A stretch of DNA of 64,000 nt, taken from NCBI GenBank assembly GCA_951406725.2, contig OX597830.1:42718001-42782000 (forward strand), written 5' to 3'. The position numbers and the translations under genes are program-made. The notes under the pieces were generated by a model. It was not told the DNA's origin, made no database searches, and saw only the letters and a program-made list of their open reading frames with translations. The stretch comes from Octopus vulgaris. Its lineage: Eukaryota. This document shows positions 42,126 through 51,401 of the stretch, piece after piece. Each line of letters opens with the position of its first letter. Within the stretch, counting starts at the first letter, position 1.

Positions 42126-42375
42126 GGTTATGAGAGGCGATGGTGTCAATAAGACCCAAAGGTGTCACGTAATGCTGAGTAAGTGCTATGGACAGACCAT
42201 AGTTAAGCTCCAGGTTCAGTGATTATGCGAAGAAGAGGTCCAATGTAGGTCATATATCAGCATGTGTATATAAAAGAAATTTTTTTTCAGAATGAGATAA
42301 AAAATCAAGGCTGTGAGTTCTAAAATCTTCACAGTCTTGGTTTTTTTTTTATATCACATTCTGAAAAAAAATGTT

Positions 42376-42436
<61 letters not shown>

Positions 42437-42474
42437 GTGTATATATATATGTATATATATAAATATATATTTGT

Positions 42475-42513
<39 letters not shown>

Positions 42514-42543
42514 TATACATATATACATATATATATATATGTA

Positions 42544-43428
42544 CTAGCTGACATACCCAGTAATTCCTGGGAAGGCAAGGCTTAACCCTTGGTTCCATTC
42601 TCATAATTGCTTTACTAATCCAGTAACAACAATACAAAGTATGTAGCCCTTAAAACGGTTTTTGTGCATTTATTGAGAATACCTAACTGTCTAACACAGG
42701 ATCTTGTTTTTCAGAATTCCCAATAAATTATGAATGCCCAAATTGTGAAGTCAGTTATGCAATTACATGAAATTAATTACCTGATAGTAAGAATTCAAAT
42801 AAAGTAGCCCCAAAAAGGGCTTTAATACATTCCTAGAGTATATAGAACTTAGGAAGAAATACTAATAAGGTATATATACTAAAATTGTGAAGCATGTTAT
42901 GTAATAACAGACTAATTAGATATGAGATAATAACAATTCAAAGTAAGTAACTCTAAAAAAGGCTTTTGTGTGTTCACAGAGAATATTTTCCTCAGTCACT
43001 AACCGAAATAAGTGGATCTATAGTTTAGGAGAATACGATTTACTTGTTTAAGCATTGTACTGGATAAATTGCGAAAATAACTGAAATAGTTCAAATACTA
43101 AGAAATAAGCATACTCAATTTGATTTATACCAAATAATTTACAAACATGAATGGGTTATTTCCCTTGGTTATATATATATAAGGATCCCTTTCAGGAGCC
43201 AATGGATTATTTCCCTTGGATGTTTAAAAATAATATATTAGATATATGTAGTAGATATAAGAATATCCTTTCCTCCCTATTATCGATTTTTTCAACAATC
43301 TAAGTATGTCACTAGTTTTCCAGACATGGGTTCATCAAAATCAATAAAACGATGTAGGAGGAGTTGGATAACAACTCTACAAACGAACACACCCACAAAC
43401 AGAATTTTCCACATATGTAGTAGATAGA
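42544..43428 (-). mobile_element. Non-autonomous Helitron
   Basis: On the minus strand it starts a|TCTATCTACTAC and ends with hairpin CCCAG-gaatta-CTGGG, 8 nt, CTAG|t (A-T target); internal diverged tandem units of about 170 bp. Confidence 0.7.
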
Positions 43429-43431
43429 TAT

Positions 43432-43493
<62 letters not shown>

Positions 43494-43544
43494 ATGTATG
43501 TGTGTGTATGTATATACACTTTGATCTATATATACTTTGTATAT

Positions 43545-43843
43545 ACTTTGATCTGTTTTTTATATTGAATACGTATCGCCACCGTGGGCCACTACATCGA
43601 ACACTTTGAACATATAGCATAAATGAACTTACTTCAAACTATATATGAACTTTAAGATGTCTGACTCCGTTGTGAATTGTAAATGAATTTCTTGTGTTTG
43701 ATGGCATGAGCTGTCTTTTTTTATATATAACTTTTTTTGATAAGGTTCATTTCAGGAACCGAAACATGTTATAATGTATATATAAAAATTAAAAATTGTA
43801 TAATATAGCAGCATTTTCGAACTTCATTTTTTACAAATATATA
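43545..43843 (+). repeat. 5' pseudo-LTR of the PLE
   Basis: Direct repeat of 49095-49393. Confidence 0.95.
43716..43790 (+). ncRNA. Minimal type I hammerhead ribozyme motif, U3-A8 core variant
   Basis: TTGATAA (43737-43743), stem II GGTTC/GAACC, GAAA, palindromic stem III ACATGT, GUU triplet; distal stem I tttttatatata/tatatataaaaa. Confidence 0.75.
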
Positions 43844-43860
43844 CCTACTCGTATACGAGC

Positions 43861-44466
43861 TGTAAAGAACTTATTGTTGATATCTTCTCTCTTGTACTTT
43901 CGGGGTACAAGAAAGCAATCACTTTCCGTTGCTTTAATAATCCAGATTCTCTACCAGTCAGAAACAACAAGACGCAGACGTAAAAGATATATATACTACT
44001 TTATTCTCTTTCTTGGTAACAGTAACAATAAGTGGTTATCTGATGTCCTTGGTTCTGGGCGCGCAAGGCTGAAAGTTAATCGATTGTAATATTTACAATG
44101 TTCAGCCGCTAAAAACAGAACGGGTTAAAGATGGCGTCCGGAGGAAGAAGATGGGGTCTGCAACAATTTGGTTAAAGGCCTTTTGGTATGGTGCTGCTAG
44201 AATCAAGTCCGGACGGAGAGAAAATATGCGTGCCCGTCGCCTTCAGTCGCTGCTGTCCCAAGTCGCCGGCCGCCGCCGCCAGCGGTCAAACGCTCCACAA
44301 CCCCCTTGCCTTGGCTAACTACCACGTAGGCAAAAGGGTCGTGCCTCCGGTGGTTCGCGCATGCGCGAGAGGGCCCTTCCCCACCCTCTGCCTTGGCGAA
44401 GGCACCAACACGCGCGAAATAGAAAATGGACGGTGCACGCGCGCGCACCGCCACAGGATCACTACA
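43861..44466 (-). mobile_element. Solo LTR nested in the PLE 5' UTR
   Basis: TGTAAAG...CACTACA; homologous to 39476-40014; flanked by 13-bp ct(c/t)gtatacgagc duplication. Confidence 0.8.
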
Positions 44467-44878
44467 CTTGTATACGAGCTAATCCTATTATAAGTATCAC
44501 ATCACGTACGAGCTCCCGAAAATGCCTGCTAAAAAAGACACCAATGACATCTCCTCAATAAATGAAGAGATACTGAAAGAATTGAAAAGCATAAATTCAA
44601 ACCTAACAGCAGTGTTAAACAAACTCAACCTTAACACCTCGACCTTCTACACAAACTAACGAGGAAACCGAATCGAATAAAACACCCTCTGAAATATTCG
44701 AGAAAGTTGAAAATCTATGCGATACAATGACGACATTCTTCACAAACTTTACGAAACAAGAGCAACAAAAAGAAGGAACACATGAGAAGAACCGAGCAAC
44801 TTCAACATTACAAATAAAGAACCAAGTCCTCCCCAATGGAGAACACTACAGCGAAACAGAAAATTCGCTTTTTGGAAA

Positions 44879-45922
44879 ATGATACAAAATCAGAATAAAG
44901 CAGAGATTTACCAAAAATGGCTAGACTCAACACCCCTAGTCATACCCCCTAAATTACAAATCAAGCCCATCTCGGAAGAACCAGAAGAACAAAGAAAACT
45001 TAGAGAAAAAATGTCATTAGACAAAATGAAGATGGAAATAGAACTACTCAAGCTGAGAGCTAAGACGAATGGAGAAAAAGTAAAAACCATAGACGAGGAA
45101 ATCAACGAAGAAGTCATCAAACTAATAGACGACATCAAAACTGAAACATTACCAGCACTATGGAATGAAGAATGTGAAAAAGAGGAACTTAAGTCCCTCC
45201 AACGATGGGAAAAGAGCGCCATCTGGTTTCTAGATTATGAAACCAACTTCAAAAATGAACACATATCCAACAACCCCTTCATAAAATTAAGTAAATCAAA
45301 ACCAAATACCAACAGAACGGAACAACCACCAAGAAATCCTAACACACTTTACACCAGAAAAGTACACCTAAAACACACCCCACACTACCTACACCAACCC
45401 CAAAACACCTGCAGAGGCCCACCACACCAGTTCGAAAATAGACATACCAACAGAGCAGAACAACCACCAAGAAATCCAAACACACCCTACACCAGAAAAA
45501 TGCATTTAAAACGCACCCCACACTACCTACACCAACCCCAAAACACTTATAGGGTCCGACCACACCATTCCACGAACCTAAGAGCCACAACATACAATAC
45601 TATAAAATACAACCCACATAACCAAACCAAAACGCTACTACCAAACATCCACCCCAGGAACCAACCATACAAACATAACAAACAACAAATGCACTACGGA
45701 GGAAACAACTACCAACACAATATACCTGATGAACTAAGACGGAACACTAGGTACAACAACACACTCCAGAACAGAGCACCACAAACTCACTCTGACAATT
45801 ATAACAACATGAGACAGATAAATAGTAGCTTTGAACATAACTACACCAACCATTTTTTAGACCTTACACACAGGAACAGGGACACACGATGGCAAAGGAC
45901 AAACAAAAGAAACCTCAGGTAA
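44879..45922 (+). CDS. PLE ORF1 (charged helical/coiled-coil-like N half, N/H/P/Q-rich C half); probably began at ATG 44522
   Basis: 347-aa ORF directly upstream of and overlapping the RT ORF, with the same A/C-rich strand bias; upstream coding-like segments 44522-44659 and 44619-44882 in shifted frames. Confidence 0.8.
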   Translation: MIQNQNKAEIYQKWLDSTPLVIPPKLQIKPISEEPEEQRKLREKMSLDKMKMEIELLKLRAKTNGEKVKTIDEEINEEVIKLIDDIKTETLPALWNEECEKEELKSLQRWEKSAIWFLDYETNFKNEHISNNPFIKLSKSKPNTNRTEQPPRNPNTLYTRKVHLKHTPHYLHQPQNTCRGPPHQFENRHTNRAEQPPRNPNTPYTRKMHLKRTPHYLHQPQNTYRVRPHHSTNLRATTYNTIKYNPHNQTKTLLPNIHPRNQPYKHNKQQMHYGGNNYQHNIPDELRRNTRYNNTLQNRAPQTHSDNYNNMRQINSSFEHNYTNHFLDLTHRNRDTRWQRTNKRNLR

Positions 45923-48186
45923 TTAAGATAATCAATCTCTCAAACAAAGAACTTACACCTAACGAAATAAGCATACTCTCCAAAGGACTTAAATTTACAC
46001 CTACCCCACAACGTTCTAATTACTATGAAATGAAAGATGATATTTCGGAATTTTGCAGAAAACTAAGACTCACCGAGGCATTTCAAGACAAAAAAATAGA
46101 GGAGGACCCAATAGCTAGAAACAAGAGCAATTACACCCCCACCAAGGGAAAGAATAAAGCCTTAGACCGCTATTGTGACTACATAACTAATTTCCCGTTT
46201 CAATTCATCAAGAAACAAAAACACAGCCCTAACTTCAACAAAAGAGAATGGAACGACCTCATCAAACTAAGAGAAGACAAAACAATAACAATTAAGGAGG
46301 CAGATAAGGGCAACGCGATAGTAATAATGAATACAAACGATTATAAAAATTTAGTGCTATCCCTATTAAGAGATGAAACGTATTATGAAAGGGCCCAACA
46401 GTATAATCAGCAAAAAATAATGCATAACCTTAGGACATTAATCAACACATACCAAGAAGGACTCACGAACAAGGAGTATGAATACATCACTAACTTCAAA
46501 TGCAAATCGAGTTTGTTCTATGGTATCCCTAAGGTACACAAAAGCCAAATAATTAGAGAAACGTGCAAAACATCCACCGACACACTCATCAAAATCCCTT
46601 CACCAAATGATCTTAAACTAAGACCGATAATAGCAGGGCCAGCATGTGAAACTCACCGCCTCAGCAATTTCTTAGACACACTTCTTAAACCTTTCCTAAA
46701 ACACATTAAAAGCTACGTAAGAGACGATATAGATATGCTCAACCACCTCCCTAAAAGAGTCAATGAGAAAACCCTTCTAGTATCATTCGACGTAGTTAAT
46801 CTTTATTCTAACATCCCTCACAACCTAGGAATAGAAGCGATCACCTTCTGGCTGAATAACTACCCCTTTGAACTCCCAACTCACATAAACAAAGACCTTA
46901 TAATAGAAGGACTTAGATTCATTTTAGAGAACAATTATTTTATTTTTGACAATGATTTCTACAGACAAAGATCGGGAACAGCGATGGGCACGCATACTGC
47001 ACCATCTTTTGCCAACCTAGTGATGGGATACCTCGAGAAAATACTATACCGGATAACACTCGAGAAATATGGAAACACCTTCGCCACCTATATCCATAAC
47101 AACTGGAAAAGATACCTCGATGACTGTTTCATCATCTGGGACAAAGGTATAGAGAAACTTGAGGAATTTAAAATACTATTAAATGGAATAAATGACAATA
47201 TACAATTCACGATGGACCACAACGAAAAAGAATTACCATTTTTAGACATCCTCATTAAGAAAACCGGCAACAAAATAGAGACAGATATCTACTATAAACC
47301 GACAGACTCTAAACAGTACCTACCCTTTGATTCATGCCACCCACGACACACTAGAATGAATGTCCCTTTTTGTTTAGCTAGAAGGATTTGCACCATAATA
47401 TCAGACACAAACACCCGACACACACGTCTCCAGGAACTTAGAACCACACTCACAAATAGAAACTATCCACAGCCCCTAATAGACAGTGCAATCCAACGGG
47501 TACTTAAATTAAATATAGAAGACCTGAGACAAACAAAACCAAAAAAGAAAGAACAATTAAAAACCCTTCCCTACATCTCTACACACAACCCACTCAACAA
47601 TGAGGCCTTCAACACCATACTACAAAGCACAGCCCTACTAAAGGGAGACCCAAAGATGAACCGGATCCTCGAAACATACACCATCATTAAAAGTAAACGG
47701 CAACCAAAATCCTTGAAAAGGATTTTAACCCAAGCTACACTGCACTCAACATCAACCACAAAACCAGCAGTTAGAAAATGTGGAAGGCCCAACTGCGGAA
47801 TCTGTGTCATCTTGAAAGAAGGATCAGAATTTATACTGGAACAAGGCCACCAGTTCACCATTAGAACAAACTTCACCTGCGCATCAGAAAACTTAATTTA
47901 CGTCATAACATGCGCAGGCTGCAATAGGCAGTATATAGGCCATACAAAAAATAGCTTACGTAACAGGATGGGGGTGCATAAATCACAAATTAGAAACCCT
48001 GATTACCGCAAAATACCGGTCAGCGGACACATAGATAGATGTGCTGGAAATGTAAATCCGAAATTTACAACTAACCCGCTCTATAAATTCAGTGACAACG
48101 CAACCTTCACACAACGCCAAAATAAAGAACTGTATTTCATAAAAAAATTTAGACCAAGTTTAAACACCCTGGGCCAGGAATATTAA
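45889..48186 (+). CDS. Penelope-like reverse transcriptase + GIY-YIG endonuclease
   Basis: INLS..L...GLKF.PTP, ADKG, SFDVVNLYSNI, QRSGTAMG, RYLDDCF, LPFLD; Cys linker CGRPNCGIC; NLIY..TC..C...YIG.T....R...H; terminal E..FI.....LN; uninterrupted 765 aa. Confidence 0.97.
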   Translation: MAKDKQKKPQVIKIINLSNKELTPNEISILSKGLKFTPTPQRSNYYEMKDDISEFCRKLRLTEAFQDKKIEEDPIARNKSNYTPTKGKNKALDRYCDYITNFPFQFIKKQKHSPNFNKREWNDLIKLREDKTITIKEADKGNAIVIMNTNDYKNLVLSLLRDETYYERAQQYNQQKIMHNLRTLINTYQEGLTNKEYEYITNFKCKSSLFYGIPKVHKSQIIRETCKTSTDTLIKIPSPNDLKLRPIIAGPACETHRLSNFLDTLLKPFLKHIKSYVRDDIDMLNHLPKRVNEKTLLVSFDVVNLYSNIPHNLGIEAITFWLNNYPFELPTHINKDLIIEGLRFILENNYFIFDNDFYRQRSGTAMGTHTAPSFANLVMGYLEKILYRITLEKYGNTFATYIHNNWKRYLDDCFIIWDKGIEKLEEFKILLNGINDNIQFTMDHNEKELPFLDILIKKTGNKIETDIYYKPTDSKQYLPFDSCHPRHTRMNVPFCLARRICTIISDTNTRHTRLQELRTTLTNRNYPQPLIDSAIQRVLKLNIEDLRQTKPKKKEQLKTLPYISTHNPLNNEAFNTILQSTALLKGDPKMNRILETYTIIKSKRQPKSLKRILTQATLHSTSTTKPAVRKCGRPNCGICVILKEGSEFILEQGHQFTIRTNFTCASENLIYVITCAGCNRQYIGHTKNSLRNRMGVHKSQIRNPDYRKIPVSGHIDRCAGNVNPKFTTNPLYKFSDNATFTQRQNKELYFIKKFRPSLNTLGQEY

Positions 48187-48359
48187 AACAAAAGATAAGT
48201 CCTCCGAAAAGGAGAAGCAAAATTCCACCACGGCCGCTACCTTAAATAGTCACTCGCACTGACGGAAATATGCCTTAGTAAAAAAGGGAAAAAAATTTTT
48301 GTGTGCAAATCTGACCCTGATGGACTGACCACATACGATACAGCTAAGGGTCAGACCCG

Positions 48360-49040
48360 ATTCTGATTGGTCAACATGTTGATGACGTCTAGTTCTGCTA
48401 GAATGGACAGGATACAAACAGGGGGCAGAGATTAGTCAGAATATTGATGACGTCCTTTTCTACTTGACTAGTCACCTAACAAGAAACAGACAGGGGGCAG
48501 ATCTAATGCAGCTATAAGTCGTGATTGGGCAGAATCTTGATGACGTCCCGTTCTGCCTGACTAAGCCACCTAACGAAACGACTGGTCAAACAGGATACAG
48601 ACAAGAGGCAGTTATAATACAGCGATAGGTCACGATTGGTCAGAATGTTGATGACATCCAGTTCTGCTTGACTAAGCCACCTAACGAAAAGGGGCAGATC
48701 TAATACAGCTATAAGTCGTGATTGGTCAGAATCTTGATGACGTCCCGTTCTGCTTGACTAAGCCACCTAACGAAACGACTGGTCAAACAGGATACAGACA
48801 AGAGGCAGTTATAATACAGCGATAGGCCACGATTGGTCAGAATGTTGATGACGTCCCGTTCAGCTTGACTAAAGCCACCTAACGAAACGATTGGTCAAAA
48901 CGTTGATGACGTCACGCTACGCTGGATTGACCACCTAACAGGCATTATAAAACCCGAACATTTCACAAGACTCACCAGAATTCACCAGAATCACCCAGCG
49001 AACACCCACCATGGGTCATCACAATTGCTCAAGGTAAAAA
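48360..49040 (+). promoter_or_regulatory. Putative internal Pol II promoter in the PLE 3' region: 7x (ATTGG + TGACGTC) array, TATA box, mini-exon and splice donor
   Basis: Seven gattggtca..tgatgacgtc-type units (perfect TGACGTCA at 48907), TATAAAA at 48946, caccATGG at 49011, AAG|GTAAAA at 49033/49034. Confidence 0.65.
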
Positions 49041-49094
49041 TGAATTCCTCGCTCTTTCGGGAACATCAATCTTCTGTATTGACTGCTTTCCACC

Positions 49095-49382
49095 ACTTTG
49101 ATCTGTTTTTTATATTGAATACGTATCGCCACCGTGGGCCACTACATCGAACACTTTGAACAGATAGCATAAATGAACTTACTTCAAACTATATATGAAC
49201 TTTAAGATGTCTGACTCCGTTGTGAATTGTAAATGAATTTCTTGTGTTTGACGGCATGAGCTGTCTTTTTTTATATATAACTTTTTTTGATAAGGTTCAT
49301 TTCAGGAACCGAAACATGTTATAATGTATATATAAAAATTAAAAATTGTATAATATAGCAGCATTTTCGAACTTCATTTTTT

Positions 49383-49393
<11 letters not shown>
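49095..49393 (+). repeat. 3' pseudo-LTR of the PLE
   Basis: Direct repeat of 43545-43843, runs into (TA)n. Confidence 0.95.
49266..49340 (+). ncRNA. Second copy of the U3-A8 hammerhead motif
   Basis: Identical to 43716-43790. Confidence 0.75.
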
Positions 49394-49417
<24 letters not shown>

Positions 49418-49724
49418 TATATGTAAATATATATATTATACACACATATACATATCTCATATCTCATCTCATCCACACCTTCCTCAAACACACATACACA
49501 GACACACACAACCTACACTACTATACTTCTGCACTTGCTGACTTATAAACACTTACCGAAAATGTCACACATGCCACTCCCTCTCATATATTTGTCTCTA
49601 AAAACGGATTCACTCTGATACTTGTAAATATGCACCCACCTCTCCTCTCTTCCCATTCCCACCTGACCTCTTGTCCCCCCCCCCCGCTCTCACTGAATTT
49701 TCCTCTTCCCCAGTCCCTATGCTT

Positions 49725-49785
49725 TTCTGTTTCTCCTGATGAAGGATTAACATCAGAAACATTAAGATTTTTCTCTCTTCCTTTT
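49725..49785 (+). ncRNA. Degenerate hammerhead-like motif (relic of another PLE end)
   Basis: CTGATGA-aggat-taac-atca-GAAAC; stem II partly broken. Confidence 0.4.
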
Positions 49786-50058
49786 CAGCATTGAATTAAT
49801 ACAGTATTTGATCAATCTTGTCCCTCCTGTGTTGCTTGTTTTATTGTTTATTGCTTTTACAATATATCATCACCATCATCATCATCATTTGACGATCGTT
49901 TTCCATGATGGCATGGGTTGGACGGTTTGACAGAAGCTGACAAGTCTGATGACTGCACCAGGCTTCATTGTCTGTTGTAACATAGGTTCTATGGTTCGGC
50001 GCCCAACTGAGTGTCTTTTACATGGCACCAGCATTGGTGAGGTATGATTTGGTATGGT

Positions 50059-50295
50059 ACGCTAAGGTGGCAAGCTGGCAGAAACGTTAGCACGCCGGGT
50101 GAAATGCGTAACCGTATTTCGTCTGCCGTTACATTCTGAGTTCAAATTCCGCCGAGGTCGACTTTGCCTTTCATCCTTTTGGGGTCGATAAATTAAGTAC
50201 CAGTTACGCACTGGGGTCGATGTAATCGACTTAATCCATTTGTCTGTCCTTGTTTGTCCTCTCTGTGTTTAGCCCCTTGTGGGTAGTAAAGAAAT
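50059..50295 (+). mobile_element. Young tRNA-derived SINE with 19-bp TSD
   Basis: A-box-like tggcagaaacg, B-box-like gagttcaaattcc, core gcctttcatccttttggggtcgataaa; TSD aggtatgatttggtatggt at 50040-50058 and 50296-50314. Confidence 0.9.
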
Positions 50296-50436
50296 AGGTA
50301 TGATTTGGTATGGTTTTTACAGCTGGAAGCTCCAAGTAATTTGCAAGACAAAGATCCTTTGAAAGGGGCATGGGGTACTGGGGTAGTTGGCCTTGTGCCA
50401 GGTGATGATGGGACAGATAGAAACAGGTGCTATGTC

Positions 50437-51345
50437 TGTCTGACATTATTCAGTTTTATTTTAAGATTTCTTGCCAACAGAGAAAGAGCTTGTTTCTAAC
50501 CTAGATGCAAGGCCTCCCTCATCGGAATTTCAGCATCAACAACAGGGTATTTTTGTTTCTATGCATGTATGTATATGTGCAGACTTTGCTTTATGTAGTT
50601 ACATGCATATAGCTGCATATGTAGACATGATCATATGTACTTAAATGATAAAACTTTTGGGAAGTTTGATGGCTTGGTTCTGTAGTCTTTGAATCAGCTT
50701 TCTCCTTTCTGGTTTTGAGAAGTATAACTAATCAAGATTGGTATTTAGGCAGTGTGTTACATATCCCAGGGCTCCAACAATTACAAGTATAAACCTGAAC
50801 TTGTAATCTGGATAGAGTAACTGCAGATTTCTCAGTAGTTTAGGTATTCTCTGTTTCACTGATCTTCAGCTTTATGTCAACATCAACAACCGTGCACAGT
50901 TGTATGTATGTATGTATGTATGTATGTATGTATGTATGTATGTATGTATGTATGTATGTGTGTGTGTATGTATGTAAGTATGTATGTATGTATGTATGTA
51001 TGTATGTATGCATGTATGTATGCATGCATGTATGTATGTGTGCATGCATGTATGTATGTGTGCATGTATGTATGTATGTATGTATGTATGTATGTATGTA
51101 TGTGTGTGTGTATGTATGTACGTATGTATGTATGTATGCATGTATGTGTGCATGTATGTATGTATGTATGCATGCATGTATGTATGTGTGCATGTATGTA
51201 TGTATGTATGTATGTATGTATGTGCATGTATGTATGTATGTGTGTGTGTATGTATGTATGCATGTATGTGTGTGTGTATGTATGCATGTATGTGTGCATG
51301 TATGCATGTATGTATGTATGTATGTATGTATGTATGTATATATGG

Positions 51346-51401
<56 letters not shown>

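Larger units (their letters stand above)
43545..49393 (+). mobile_element. Near-intact Penelope-like retroelement (GIY-YIG, Neptune-type)
   Basis: RT+GIY-YIG ORF, 299-bp direct pseudo-LTRs (offset 5550, 2 visible mismatches), hammerhead motifs, (TA)n on both sides. Confidence 0.95.

Noticed and set aside
44188-44561. GC-rich ORFs at 44188-44493, 44203-44454, 44361-44561 and 39714-39914
   Set aside because: They fall within solo LTRs and the frames are not preserved between the two copies
45889-48360. Selenoprotein-type PLE (Naiad-like) or SECIS in hairpin 48310-48355
   Set aside because: No in-frame TGA, the endonuclease is C-terminal, and the 9-bp hairpin lacks clear SECIS or hammerhead consensus
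48360-48940. Repeat-spacer-like array resembling CRISPR
   Set aside because: Eukaryotic retroelement context, spacers are themselves homologous, repeats are degenerate, and there are no cas genes
50059-50160. tRNA genes at A/B-box sequences
   Set aside because: These are SINE heads: no full cloverleaf, attached to SINE bodies and a TSD
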